Shown: positions 1 to 9,703, counted from the stretch's first letter. The stretch is 53,498 bases of DNA from Gammaproteobacteria bacterium (GCA_016218345.1 JACREH010000058.1:1-53498); one strand, 5' to 3'. Made by a program: numbers and translations. Notes: generated by a model not told the origin, from the letters alone.

Positions 1-15
1 CATTGAATAAGATGA

Positions 16-1116
16 TTAGATTTGGAACTGCATGCCGATCCGGAAGATGTTGCTGTCCTTCGTGGTGCCGCCTCGATCATCATTGGCGTAGATAAATGAG
101 ACGCGGGCGTTATGGCCGTCAATGACGTAATTCAGGCCGATGTCATAACGCTTATGGGAAGGCGCTCCGTCGGCGTCGAACTTCTGATAACGCACGTGCG
201 GTTGCAGCTTACCGATGCCGATCTTCTCGCCGAACAGGTAACTGACTTGTCCGAAGAAACCATCGCCCTGCACCAGCGAGGCGTCGGCCACGTTGTCAAG
301 ATCGTAATCGTAGTACGCGCCCTCGACTGACAATACGTTGGCGCCGAACTTCTTTTCCATCAATGCGTCCACACTCCAGCCGGTGAAATCACCGCGAACC
401 AGCGCGCTTCCGGCGCCGTCTTTCTGGAACATCCCCACCAGACCCACGGCCAGCACTTCTTTGGCGCCGTAGTAGGTACTATCGTTGTAGTAGCCCGGTT
501 CCGGATCCCAGAAGTTGTAGGTAAGACGGCCGGCATAAAGCAAATTGTCGGACTGGTTGGAACCGCCGGTACGACCTTCAAACGCGCCGACCTGATATTT
601 GAACTTACCACCGCCGGTCTGACCCCAAAGCGCGGCACCATCGTCACGGCCGGCAAAGATCGCCGGATAGTTCTGAACAAACGGAAAATCCCAGGTGGCC
701 AAATAATAAGGGCCGCTCAAGTTGGAACGATCGCTCGGCGGAAGAAAACGGCCTGCCCACACATTCACCAGATCGGAAAATTCGAAACGGGCGATGCCGT
801 CAAGCACCCGGACGGCGCTGTCGCCCTGACGTTCGGTATTGAAGGTGAGCTTGATGTTCTTGTGCACCTGACCGTTTACATACAGCCGGACGCTGTCGAG
901 CTCGAAGTCCTTGGAACGATCGTTGCCGCTTGGCGCAGCGTCCTCGACCGAGTTGAAACTGGTGCGCAGGCCGGCGCCGACGCTGATCCAGCGGGTATCG
1001 TCGATCTTGATCGTGCCACCGGCCTGTGCGGCGGTCGTCGTCGCCAAGCCGGCCGACAAGCCCAGCAAGGCGAACGCCACGCGCCGCATTTTGAAACCAA
1101 CGGGTAATGTGTGCAT
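16..1116 (-). CDS. putative outer-membrane porin (beta-barrel; possibly OprO/OprP-like)
   Basis: ORF 16..1122. AGGAGA Shine-Dalgarno about 8 nt before the ATG at 1116. Signal peptide ends ...LATTTAAQA. Alternating beta-strand-like pattern and aromatic C-terminal strand ...FRIGMQFQI. Family assignment is from memory only. Confidence 0.7.
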   Translation of the reverse strand: MHTLPVGFKMRRVAFALLGLSAGLATTTAAQAGGTIKIDDTRWISVGAGLRTSFNSVEDAAPSGNDRSKDFELDSVRLYVNGQVHKNIKLTFNTERQGDSAVRVLDGIARFEFSDLVNVWAGRFLPPSDRSNLSGPYYLATWDFPFVQNYPAIFAGRDDGAALWGQTGGGKFKYQVGAFEGRTGGSNQSDNLLYAGRLTYNFWDPEPGYYNDSTYYGAKEVLAVGLVGMFQKDGAGSALVRGDFTGWSVDALMEKKFGANVLSVEGAYYDYDLDNVADASLVQGDGFFGQVSYLFGEKIGIGKLQPHVRYQKFDADGAPSHKRYDIGLNYVIDGHNARVSFIYANDDRGGTTKDSNIFRIGMQFQI

Positions 1117-1346
1117 GTGCAAGGTCTCCTCTGCAATTGGTTGTTGTTAAGGGGTAGAACCGACAGCAACCGTTGTGGAGCAATAACTATGCCACGCTAA
1201 ATTTATACGGAATTACAAGGAGTTACCCGAATCATTGAGAGGCCAGGTCGAGTTTCTTGCACTCGAATGGTTCGCGGCTACTGGTGCTTGCACATATCGG
1301 GTGCATCCGACCGGCGGTTGAAAAATGGGTTTTTTGCGGACCTGCT

Positions 1347-2177
1347 TTAACGAATCAACAGCACCGCGCGATTGAGGTCGAGCAGGTGTTTGCGCAGTTC
1401 GTCGCGGGCGAGCGGTTGGTCGCCGCCCAGGATCAGCGTGCCGCCCGGCACATCGCGCAGCACCCGCAACTGCTCGGCCGGATCGGCCCCCACCGCGCGA
1501 TAACTCGCCGTCACGCCGCGATCCTGCACCAGCGTCGCGGCCTCCCGGGCGAGCGCGGGCTGCTCGGCGGGGGCGGCCACAAGCAGCACGATCAGTCCGT
1601 CCTGCGCCTGTCGCAGGGCCACGGCCAGCGCCTGCCGGGAAGACGGCGTGCCGTCGTAGATCACGAGCAGTGGCGGTTCGATGCGCATATCTTCCGGCAT
1701 CAGCAGCAGCGACCGGGTCGCGGCGCTCATCAGCGCCTGACCGATCGCGCCGCGCGGCATGCGCCCGGCGACCCGGTGGCCGCGCACCCCCAGCACGATC
1801 AGGTCGGCCTCGCGCGCCACCTCCAGGAGTTGCGTGACGATCTGTCCGCGCTCGGTGCGAAACGACCAGCGCAGATTGAAACGCTCCGCCACCCGGGCGA
1901 GCGCCTGTTTCGACAAGCGTGCCTGGGCGCGCAGCCGGCGCTCGATATCCTGCGGCTCGATCGGCCGGCGGATGGCGGACGGAAACCCCACTTCGCGGGT
2001 GAACGGCAAGGCCGCGAGTTGCAACAGGTTGATATCCTCGACGAACAGGCCCAGCAGCTCCGCTTCCCATTTGGCCGCCACGGTCGCGGCCGCTTCCAAC
2101 GCCGCCAGGCTCGGGGTGCTGGCGTCCAGGGCAACCAGAATGCGCCGAAACGCCACCTCGCCCGCGCGCGCAATCAC
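1347..2177 (-). CDS. universal stress protein, tandem USP domains
   Basis: Two USP-like halves (RILVALDAS...DLIVLGVRGH and LLVIYDGTPSS...GTLILGGD). The GTG start at 2177 overlaps the TGA of the upstream Lon-like gene (GTGA). GGAGG lies 9 nt upstream. An alternative GTG start is at 2156. Confidence 0.8.
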   Translation of the reverse strand: MIARAGEVAFRRILVALDASTPSLAALEAAATVAAKWEAELLGLFVEDINLLQLAALPFTREVGFPSAIRRPIEPQDIERRLRAQARLSKQALARVAERFNLRWSFRTERGQIVTQLLEVAREADLIVLGVRGHRVAGRMPRGAIGQALMSAATRSLLLMPEDMRIEPPLLVIYDGTPSSRQALAVALRQAQDGLIVLLVAAPAEQPALAREAATLVQDRGVTASYRAVGADPAEQLRVLRDVPGGTLILGGDQPLARDELRKHLLDLNRAVLLIR

Positions 2178-4606
2178 GCCTGTCCGCCTCCGCCGCTCTC
2201 GAATGCCGCGCTGTAGCTGCGCGCCTGCTCGGCCATGACCATCAGACGCACCTCGACGCGCTGGTTGACGGTGGCGTCCGGAAACAGGCCGTTGGCGTCG
2301 CGCTCGCCGGCCGGCATGCCGGTGAGCAGCTCGATGCCCTCGTCGATGGTCGTGACCGGATAGACGTGGAATTTTCCGGCGGCACAGGCCTCGATGACGT
2401 CGCGCCGCAACATCAGATGTTTCACGTTCGCGGCCGGGATCATCACCCCCTGCTCACCGGTCAGTTCGCGCTGCCGGCAGACGTCGAAGAACCCCTCGAT
2501 CTTTTCGTTGACGCCGCCGATCGCCTGGATGCGGCCGTACTGATCGACCGAGCCGGTGACCGCCAGCGATTGTTTGATCGGCACCTCGGCGAGCGCCGAC
2601 AGCAGTGCATACAGCTCGGCCGAGGAGGCGCTGTCGCCTTCCACCTGCCCATAGGTCTGCTCGAACACCAGGCTGGCGGATAGCGCCAACGGCCGGTCGA
2701 TCGCGTAGCGCCCGCCCAGAAAGCCGCCCAGGGTCAATACCCCCTTCGAATGGATCGGCCCGCCGAGATCGATCTCGCGCTGAATATCGATGACCTCGCC
2801 TTTGCCGAGGCGCACGCGCGCGCTGATGCGGCTCGGATGCCCGAACGCAAACTCGCCGAGATCGACCACCGACAGGCCGTTGACCTGGCCCGTGACCGCG
2901 CCCTGGGTTTCGATCAGCAACGTGCCGCGCCGGATTTCCTCCTGAAGGCGTTCCCGCAGCCGGTCGGAACGGTAAATCTTGGCGTCGATCGCCTGCTGCA
3001 CGTCCGGGCCGGTGACGATATCGCGGCCGCTGTCGCGCGCCCAGTGATCGGATTCGCGCAGGATATCGGCGATGTCGCGGGTGCGAATAGAGAGTTTATC
3101 GGCGGCATCGGCGAGCCGCACGCTGTACTCGATGACGCGCGCCACCGCGGCGCGATCGAGCGCCAGCAGGCCTTCCTTGTGCGCCAGCGTCGCGATCAGG
3201 CGTGCATAAAGCCGATGATTCTCCGGACTGCGATCCATGTCATCGTGAAAATCGGCCGCGACCTTGAAAAGTTCGATGAACTCGGGATCGTATTGGTACA
3301 GGAGGTAATACAACATGCGCTCGCCGATCAACACCACTTTGACGTCGAGCGCGATCGGCTCGGGCTCGAGCGACACCGTGCTGATGATGCTCAGCAGTTG
3401 TTCGAGCGACTCGACGCGCAACTGGTGCGACTTCAAGGCGCGTTTGAGCGCCTCCCAGGCATACGGCTGCAACAGCAGCTTGTGGGCGTCGAGAATCAGG
3501 TAGCCGCCGTTGGCGCGATGCAGGGCACCGGGTTTTATCAGGGTGAAATCGGTCAACAGCGCGCCCATCTGCGCCAGGTGTTCGATGCGCCCGACCAGGT
3601 TTTGCAGGCTGGGGTTGTTCTCGTACACCACCGGCGCGCCCTGCGCCCCGCCGCGATCGACCAGCACGTTGACCTTGTAGCGCCGGAGCGTGGCGGCGCT
3701 GCCGGCGGCGCGCGACACCGGAATCCCCAGGAAGGTCATCTCCTGGCCTTCCTCCTGGTGGCGGAAATCGTCGGCGTTGTCGATCACCGACTGCTCGACC
3801 GCCTCCAGATAGGCCAGCACCTGGGAATGCGCGGCGTATTTCTTGCGCAACTCGTCCATCAGGTGGGTGACCGCGGCCTTGGTCACGTCGCGGTCGAGTT
3901 CACGCGCGCGCCGCAGGCTTTCGCGTTTCCATTGCGGGAGCTGATGGATGATAACCTCGAGCCCCTCTTGCAGCGAGGACACCGCCGCCTCGGTGCGCTG
4001 CTGCTCCTGTTTGGGCAGCTTGTGAAAGTCGTCGCTGCTCATCACCTCGCCCTTGCGAGTCGGCGCGAAGCTCATGCCGGTGGGCGTGCGGATCAACGCC
4101 ACCGAACTTTTCTCGGCGCGTTGGCGCAACTCCTCGAACGCCTTCTCGTGGCGCTCCTTCAGTTCCTCCTCGATCTCCTCGCGGCGCGCCCGGTACTCGT
4201 CGCTCTCGAACGCCGCCGGGATGGCGCTGCGCAAATCGTCCATGAGTTGCTGCATATCGTCGCGCAGCGTCACCCCCATGCCGGCCGGCAGTCGCAACAC
4301 CCGCGGCTTGTGGGCTTGCTCGAAATTACTGACGTAACACCAGTCCGGTGCATCCGGCTCCTGCTTGGCGCGCTGCTCGAGGACTTGATGGACGATGGTG
4401 TGGCGGCCGGTGCCGGGGGGGCCGAGCACGAACAGGTTGTATCCCAGATGCCGAATGCCGATTCCGAACCGGATCGCGTCCATGGCGCGCGCCTGGCCGA
4501 TGACCTGACTCAGGTCTTCGAGTTGCGCGGTGGTTTCGAAATCGAATTCCCGGGCATCGATGTGCAGGCACAGGGCGCCGGGCGGCAAGCGTTGAACGGT
4601 GGCCAT
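2174..4606 (-). CDS. Lon-like (LonB/LonC-type, COG1067-like) protease with AAA-like domain
   Basis: Walker A GPPGTGRH, Walker-B-like GGYLILD, long helical insertion. C-terminal Lon S16 domain with GDSASSAE (Ser) and GGVNEKIEG (Lys). The ATG at 4606 is preceded by GAGGAGG; the ORF track extends to 4681. Confidence 0.88.
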   Translation of the reverse strand: MATVQRLPPGALCLHIDAREFDFETTAQLEDLSQVIGQARAMDAIRFGIGIRHLGYNLFVLGPPGTGRHTIVHQVLEQRAKQEPDAPDWCYVSNFEQAHKPRVLRLPAGMGVTLRDDMQQLMDDLRSAIPAAFESDEYRARREEIEEELKERHEKAFEELRQRAEKSSVALIRTPTGMSFAPTRKGEVMSSDDFHKLPKQEQQRTEAAVSSLQEGLEVIIHQLPQWKRESLRRARELDRDVTKAAVTHLMDELRKKYAAHSQVLAYLEAVEQSVIDNADDFRHQEEGQEMTFLGIPVSRAAGSAATLRRYKVNVLVDRGGAQGAPVVYENNPSLQNLVGRIEHLAQMGALLTDFTLIKPGALHRANGGYLILDAHKLLLQPYAWEALKRALKSHQLRVESLEQLLSIISTVSLEPEPIALDVKVVLIGERMLYYLLYQYDPEFIELFKVAADFHDDMDRSPENHRLYARLIATLAHKEGLLALDRAAVARVIEYSVRLADAADKLSIRTRDIADILRESDHWARDSGRDIVTGPDVQQAIDAKIYRSDRLRERLQEEIRRGTLLIETQGAVTGQVNGLSVVDLGEFAFGHPSRISARVRLGKGEVIDIQREIDLGGPIHSKGVLTLGGFLGGRYAIDRPLALSASLVFEQTYGQVEGDSASSAELYALLSALAEVPIKQSLAVTGSVDQYGRIQAIGGVNEKIEGFFDVCRQRELTGEQGVMIPAANVKHLMLRRDVIEACAAGKFHVYPVTTIDEGIELLTGMPAGERDANGLFPDATVNQRVEVRLMVMAEQARSYSAAFESGGGGQA

Positions 4607-4737
4607 GGGCCTCCTCGCGTCGATGGTTGATTCGGTGTCAGCGTGCCAGAGGCCGGCGGCGGCGATATTGACGCCGGTCAAATGCCCGTCGGCCGGGCAA
4701 GCGGACAGCCGGCAACGGCGCTGAAAACGACCGTGGC

Positions 4738-5118
4738 TTACGCCACTTGCACGGGAATGGCGTGGCGGGTGTGGGTGATGCGATTGTTGGCGTCGACGTA
4801 CACCAGCCGCGGCCGGAAGCCGATCAGCTCTTTTTCGTCGAACACGCCGTAACTGCAGATGATCAGGATATCGCCGGGCGCGGCCTTATGGGAGGCGGCG
4901 CCGTTCACCGAGACGATGCCGGAACCGGCCTCGGCGCGAATCGCGTAGGTGCTGAAGCGCTCGCCGTTCTTGAGGTTATAGACCTCGATGCGCTCGTACT
5001 CGCGGATGTCGGCGGTCTCGAGCAGGCGCGCGTCGATCGCCACCGAGCCCTCGTAATCGGGCTCGGAGTGGGTGGCGCGCACGCGGTGCAGCTTGGCCCG
5101 CAACATGGTTCTTTGCAT
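4738..5118 (-). CDS. panD: aspartate 1-decarboxylase
   Basis: [13 protein letters not shown]...YEGSVAID (self-cleavage G-S site) ...VNGAASH...AIPVQVA aligns along its length with E. coli PanD. GGAG lies 6 nt before the ATG at 5118. Confidence 0.95.
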   Translation of the reverse strand: MQRTMLRAKLHRVRATHSEPDYEGSVAIDARLLETADIREYERIEVYNLKNGERFSTYAIRAEAGSGIVSVNGAASHKAAPGDILIICSYGVFDEKELIGFRPRLVYVDANNRITHTRHAIPVQVA

Positions 5119-5157
5119 ATCCAACTCCGACAGAATCCGAGCCGTTATTATCCGGTT

Positions 5158-6018
5158 TTAACCGGCGGGATTCAAATTCACCTCGAGATTGTCGATCAAT
5201 CGCGCCCGCCCCAGCCAGGCCGCGGCCAGGATCACCAGCGCCCGGTCGCCGGGAGCGGGCGCCGCCAGGTCGGCCTGGCGGCGGACACTCACGTAATCGG
5301 ACCTGAACCCGGCGGCGGCGAGCGCCTCCCGGGCGCTCGCCTCGAGCGCCGGAATATCCGCGCCCGGGGCGTGCAACCGGCCGGCGCATTCCACCAGCGT
5401 GGCATACAGGCGCGGCGCGATGGCGCGTTCCGCGTCGGTCAGATAGCCGTTGCGCGAACTGAGCGCCAGCCCGTCGGGCGCGCGCACCGTGTCGATGCCG
5501 ACAATGTCGATCGGCATGCCGAGATCGCCCGCCATCAGCCGGATGAGCAACCACTGCTGATAATCCTTTTTCCCGAACAGCGCCACGTCCGGCGTGACCA
5601 GGTTGAACAACCGGTTGACCACCGTGGTGACACCGCGGAAATGCCCGGGGCGGGACTGGCCGCAGAGGATGTCGCTCACGCCGGGCACCTCGACACGCGT
5701 CTGGGCGGCGCGCCCGCGCGGATAGATCTGGGCGTCGTCCGGGACGAACAGGATATCGACGCCGGCGGCCGCGGCCAGTTGCCGGTCCAGTTCGAGCGTG
5801 CGCGGGTAGCCCTGAAAATCCTCGTGTTCGCCGAATTGCAGGGGATTCACGTAGATGCTCGCGACCACGGTCCCGGCATGATCGCGCGCGCGCTCGAACA
5901 GCGCCCGATGACCGGCGTGCAGATTGCCCATGGTCGGCACGAAGCCGATGCGCCGTCCGGCGGCGCGCGCCGCGCGCACCGCCGCCGCCAGCGCGGCGCT
6001 GTCGGTCACCGCACGCAT
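5158..6018 (-). CDS. panC: pantoate--beta-alanine ligase
   Basis: VPTMGNLHAGH, FGKKDYQQ and SSRN motifs. The ATG at 6018 shares one base with the panB TGA. The N-terminal 130 aa of track ORF 5158..6414 overlaps panB and is rejected. Confidence 0.95.
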   Translation of the reverse strand: MRAVTDSAALAAAVRAARAAGRRIGFVPTMGNLHAGHRALFERARDHAGTVVASIYVNPLQFGEHEDFQGYPRTLELDRQLAAAAGVDILFVPDDAQIYPRGRAAQTRVEVPGVSDILCGQSRPGHFRGVTTVVNRLFNLVTPDVALFGKKDYQQWLLIRLMAGDLGMPIDIVGIDTVRAPDGLALSSRNGYLTDAERAIAPRLYATLVECAGRLHAPGADIPALEASAREALAAAGFRSDYVSVRRQADLAAPAPGDRALVILAAAWLGRARLIDNLEVNLNPAG

Positions 6019-6818
6019 CAGGCGAGGCAGTGTTCGGCGCCCGGAAACCGGCCGTGCTTCACGGCCGCGACATAGGCCTTGACCGCGTCCTCGACGCCCG
6101 CCTGTCCGGCCAGGAAGTTCTTGGAAAATTTCGGGCTCGGGCGCGGATACACGCCGAGCATGTCGTGCAGCACCAGCACTTGGCCGTCGCACTCCGGCCC
6201 GGAACCGATGCCGATGGTGGGGATATCGAGCTCGGCGGTGATGGTCGCGGCCAGCGTCGCCGGCACCGCCTCCAGGACCACCAGGCCGGCGCCGGCGTCC
6301 TGCAGGGCGAGCGCGTCCTGGCGGATGCGCCCGGCACTGGCAGCATCGCGCCCCTGGGCGCGATAGCCGCCCAACTGATGCACCGATTGCGGGGTGAGTC
6401 CGAGGTGCGCGCACACCGGCACGCCGCGCTCGGTCAGAAATCGCACGGTCTCGACCATGGGCGCGCCGCCTTCGAGCTTGACCACCTGCGCCCCGCCCTC
6501 TTGCAGCAACCGGCCGGCGTTTTCGAACGCCTGCACGGGACTCACCTGGTAACTCATGAACGGCATGTCGACCACGATCAGCGCGCGCGCCACACCGCGC
6601 GCCACGCAGCGGCTGTGATAAATCATGTCGGCGAGCGTGACCGGCAGGGTGGTATCGTGGCCCTGGATCACCATGCCGAGCGAGTCGCCGACCATGATCA
6701 GATCGACGCCGCTGCGATCGAGCAGGCTCGCGAAACTGTAGTCGTAAGCGGTCAGGCAGGCGATCTTCTCGCCGGCCGGCTTCATCTGCCGCAGGGTCGC
6801 GAGCGTGACCGGCTTCAT
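6018..6818 (-). CDS. panB: 3-methyl-2-oxobutanoate hydroxymethyltransferase
   Basis: [13 protein letters not shown]...LTAYDYSFA...VGDSLGMV...VKLEGG. ATGA overlap with the upstream kinase stop (6815-6818). Confidence 0.95.
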   Translation of the reverse strand: MKPVTLATLRQMKPAGEKIACLTAYDYSFASLLDRSGVDLIMVGDSLGMVIQGHDTTLPVTLADMIYHSRCVARGVARALIVVDMPFMSYQVSPVQAFENAGRLLQEGGAQVVKLEGGAPMVETVRFLTERGVPVCAHLGLTPQSVHQLGGYRAQGRDAASAGRIRQDALALQDAGAGLVVLEAVPATLAATITAELDIPTIGIGSGPECDGQVLVLHDMLGVYPRPSPKFSKNFLAGQAGVEDAVKAYVAAVKHGRFPGAEHCLA

Positions 6819-7525
6819 AGTTCGGCCGGCAGCGGATTGAAGAAATGCCGGCCGCTGCGGATGGTGCGGATGTGTTCGAGCAGCGACTGATAATCGGCGG
6901 CGCTGTCGACGATGTTGATGTCGGCGGCGTTCACCACCAGCAGCGGCGCGGTCGTGTAGTGATAAAAGAACTGGGTGTAGGACTCGACCAGGTTCTCGAT
7001 ATAGTCGCGTTCGATCAGGCGCTCGAACGCCACGCCCCGCCGGCGGATGCGATCCAGCAGCACCGCCGACGGCGCCTGCAGATAGATCACCAGGTCGGGC
7101 ACCGGCAGATCGACGCTCAACTGCGTGTACACCTGCTGATAGAGCCGGTGCTCGTCGTCGTCGAGATTGATGCGCGCGAACAGGCCGTCCTTCTCGAGCA
7201 GAAAATCGGCGACCCGCGTGGGGCTGAACAGGTCGCGCTGCTTCCATTCCTGCAGCTGGCGCACGCGCTGGAACAGGAAGAACAACTGGGTCGGCAGGGC
7301 AAAATGCTTGCGCGACTGGTAAAACCGTTCCAGGAACGGATTTTCCTCGGGGCGCTCCAGCATCAGATCGCTGCCGTAGGTCTCGGACAATTTTTGCGCC
7401 AGGCTGGTCTTGCCGACGCCGATCGGCCCCTCGACCACGACGAAGCCCGGCTGGCGCGGCTCGCCGGCCGCGTCCTTGGCGCGCACGCGCGCGGCCTTGA
7501 CCGGTTTGGGAGGAGCGGAGGTCAT
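6815..7525 (-). CDS. deoxynucleoside kinase family protein
   Basis: P-loop [21 protein letters not shown]-like [10 protein letters not shown]. Sits between folK and panB, a position I recall as common in this type of genome. Confidence 0.85.
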   Translation of the reverse strand: MTSAPPKPVKAARVRAKDAAGEPRQPGFVVVEGPIGVGKTSLAQKLSETYGSDLMLERPEENPFLERFYQSRKHFALPTQLFFLFQRVRQLQEWKQRDLFSPTRVADFLLEKDGLFARINLDDDEHRLYQQVYTQLSVDLPVPDLVIYLQAPSAVLLDRIRRRGVAFERLIERDYIENLVESYTQFFYHYTTAPLLVVNAADINIVDSAADYQSLLEHIRTIRSGRHFFNPLPAEL

Positions 7526-7535
7526 GGAAAGGGCG

Positions 7536-8015
7536 TTAGCGCGTCAATTTCTCGATTTTCTGCCCGGCACAGGCCGGCAACAGGTTCGCCAGCGCGCCGC
7601 GTCCCGGGATCGCCAGGTCGGGCGCGAGTTCATATAAAGGATACAGGACAAAGGCGCGCTCGTGCAGCCGGGGGTGCGGCAGCGTCAGCCCCGGCTCATG
7701 GCCGGCGCGATCGCCGTACAGCAGCAGGTCCAGGTCCAGGGTCCGCGGCCCGCCGACCTGGCCGCGCCGCCGGCCGCGATCGGCCTCGATCGCCAACAAC
7801 CGCTGCATGAGCGCCGCCGGCGCCAGCCGGGTGCGCAGCCGACACACGGCGTTGACGAAATCCGGTTGATCGTGCCGGCCGACCGGCGCGCTCAAATAAA
7901 ACGACGAACAACGTTCGAGCGCGGTCTCGGGCAGGACGGCGAGTGCGGCCAGGCCGGCGCGCAGTTGTTCGACGGGATCGTCAAGATTGCTGCCCAAACC
8001 GACGTAGGCGGTCAC
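7536..8015 (-). CDS. folK: 2-amino-4-hydroxy-6-hydroxymethyldihydropteridine diphosphokinase
   Basis: TAYVGLGSNL...DLDLLLYG...HPRLHERAFVL. A GTG start at 8015 gives MTAYVGLGSNLDDPVEQL, matching the E. coli FolK N-terminus. The longest ORF starts at ATG 8039 and overlaps the pcnB 3' end. Confidence 0.9.
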   Translation of the reverse strand: MTAYVGLGSNLDDPVEQLRAGLAALAVLPETALERCSSFYLSAPVGRHDQPDFVNAVCRLRTRLAPAALMQRLLAIEADRGRRRGQVGGPRTLDLDLLLYGDRAGHEPGLTLPHPRLHERAFVLYPLYELAPDLAIPGRGALANLLPACAGQKIEKLTR

Positions 8016-8022
8016 GCCCGGG

Positions 8023-9390
8023 TCATTGCTGGGGGGCATGATCGGCCGGGCGCGAACGACGACGGCGACGGCGGCGCTTGCGTTCCGGACGCTCGGAGGG
8101 CGCGAGCGCGTCGATCATGGCCTGGCGCTCCGCGGGATCGACGGCCTGGAAGCGCGTCCACCAGTCGGCCAGTTCCCGACTCTCCTCGCCGGCGTGGGCG
8201 CGGAGCAGCAGGAAATCGTAGGCGGCGCGAAAGCGCGGGTGTTCGAGCAGCCGCCAGGCGTGCTTGCCGGAACGGCGCGCGAACTTGGTCTGGAGCAGCC
8301 AGATCTCGCGCATCGGAAAGCTGAAGCGCTTGGGAATGGTAATGTGGCGCAACTGCGAGCGCAGCACGTCCTCGGCCGCCGACTGCCAGGCCTGATACTC
8401 GGGCTGGCCCTTGGCGATGCGTTGGCCGGCGGCGAAACGCAGCGGCTCCCACAACAGCGCGGCGAACAGAAACGCCGGATTGACCGGCTTGTCGTCGGCC
8501 ACGCGCGCATCGGTGTTGGCGAGCGCCTGCGGCAACAGCGTGATCGGAAATCCTTCCTGTTCGCGCCCCAGGCTGTCTTCGGTAAGCGGGAACAGAAATT
8601 TGAACAGGCCGTAATGGCGCAGCAATTCGAAGGTCGCGACCGCGTAGCCGCTGTGAAACAGCTTCAGCACCTCCTCGAACATGCGCGCCGGCGGAACCTC
8701 CAGGAGCAGCATGCCCATCTCGTGGATCGGCGCGGCGCTCGCCGGCTCGATGCGAAACCCGAGCTTGGCGGCGAACCGGATCACGCGCAGCATGCGCACC
8801 GGATCCTCGCGATAACGCTCGACCGGGTCGCCGATCACCCGCAGGATGCCCTGCTTGAGATCCCTGGCGCCGCCGACGTAGTCCATCACCGAGTCGTCGC
8901 GGTAATTGTAATAGAGCGCGTTCACCGTGAAATCGCGCCGCACCGCGTCCTCTTCCTGGCTGCCGAACACGTTGTCGCGCAGCAGCCGGCCGCTCTCGGC
9001 GTCGGTCGCCTCGTCGGTATCGATCGCGCCGGCCCGCGGGCTGGCGCGGAACGTCGCCACCTCGATGATCTCGCGGCCGAAGTGCACGTGCGCCAGCCGG
9101 AAGCGCCGGCCGATCAGGCGGGCGTTGCGAAACACCGCGCGGATCTGCTCGGGGCGCGCGTCGGTGACCACGTCGAAATCCTTGGGCTCGCGCCCGAGCA
9201 TCAGGTCGCGCACGCAACCGCCGACCAGCAGGCTGGCGTAGCCCGCCTCACGCAACCGATGCAGCACCTTGAGGGCATTGGCGCTGATCAGCGCGTGCGT
9301 GATCGGATGCTGGCCGCGGGGGATGGCGACGGGCGTGACGACCGCGGCGGTCTTGCCCGGGATAAAACGCTTGAAGAGGCTCCAGTTCAT
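8023..9390 (-). CDS. pcnB: poly(A) polymerase I
   Basis: Nucleotidyltransferase motif LVGGCVRDLMLGREPKDFDV, RLIGRRFRLAHV, basic C-terminal tail. pcnB-folK adjacency matches E. coli. Confidence 0.93.
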   Translation of the reverse strand: MNWSLFKRFIPGKTAAVVTPVAIPRGQHPITHALISANALKVLHRLREAGYASLLVGGCVRDLMLGREPKDFDVVTDARPEQIRAVFRNARLIGRRFRLAHVHFGREIIEVATFRASPRAGAIDTDEATDAESGRLLRDNVFGSQEEDAVRRDFTVNALYYNYRDDSVMDYVGGARDLKQGILRVIGDPVERYREDPVRMLRVIRFAAKLGFRIEPASAAPIHEMGMLLLEVPPARMFEEVLKLFHSGYAVATFELLRHYGLFKFLFPLTEDSLGREQEGFPITLLPQALANTDARVADDKPVNPAFLFAALLWEPLRFAAGQRIAKGQPEYQAWQSAAEDVLRSQLRHITIPKRFSFPMREIWLLQTKFARRSGKHAWRLLEHPRFRAAYDFLLLRAHAGEESRELADWWTRFQAVDPAERQAMIDALAPSERPERKRRRRRRRSRPADHAPQQ

Positions 9391-9417
9391 TGTCTATTAG
9401 TCCCGAGCGCGTATAAT
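9390..9417 (+). promoter_or_regulatory. putative sigma70 promoter of tRNA-Glu (TTGTCT-16 nt-TATAAT)
   Basis: Hexamers at 9390-9395 and 9412-9417, 35 nt upstream of the tRNA 5' end. The -35 overlaps the divergent pcnB start codon. Confidence 0.45.
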
Positions 9418-9452
9418 AGCATCGCTTTCCCGGCACGACAGTGCGCGCCTCC

Positions 9453-9528
9453 GCTCCCTTCGTCTAGTGGCCCAGGACATCGCCCTCTCACGGCGAGAAC
9501 AGGGGTTCGAGTCCCCTAGGGAGCGCCA
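9453..9528 (+). tRNA. tRNA-Glu (anticodon CUC)
   Basis: GCTCCCTTCGTCTAGTGGCCCAGGACATCGCCCTCTCACGGCGAGAACAGGGGTTCGAGTCCCCTAGGGAGCGCCA. Cloverleaf is near-identical to E. coli tRNA-Glu, anticodon loop CUCUCAC, encoded CCA. Confidence 0.93.
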
Positions 9529-9613
9529 AAGTAAAGTGAATCGCGCTTTGCGCGATCGGCCCGCCTCCCTCTCGAAGTGAAAGAGGTGCGCGCCCAAGGC
9601 ACGCTCGGCTCAC

Positions 9614-9703
9614 TCCCTTCTCCCTGCGGGAGAAGGGGTGGGGATGAGGGCCTACCGCCCTCATCCCTTTCCCCTCTCCCAGAGGGAGAGGGGAAAGGGA
9701 TGA
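9614..9703. repeat. REP-like cluster of homopyrimidine/homopurine hairpins
   Basis: tcccttctccc-tgc-gggagaaggg (9614-9637). ggggatgaggg/ccctcatccc (9640-9667). Perfect 19-bp stem tcatccctttcccctctcc/ggagaggggaaagggatga (9661-9703). Confidence 0.8.

Noticed and set aside
1117-1346. Looked for a Pho box upstream of the porin, in case it is an OprP-like phosphate porin.
   Set aside because: No tandem CTGTCAT-like repeats were seen. The porin subfamily therefore stays unassigned.
2750-4630. 626-aa ORF on the plus strand.
   Set aside because: It is fully antisense to the motif-rich Lon-like protease gene. Its Arg/Ala/Gly-rich, low-complexity translation is typical of GC-bias shadow ORFs.
5158-7247. 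N-terminal extensions of the panC (to 6414) and panB (to 7247) track ORFs.
   Set aside because: The extensions overlap the upstream genes in another frame. Homology-consistent starts (MRAVTD..., MKPVTL...) sit exactly at the stop/start overlaps at 6018 and 6818.
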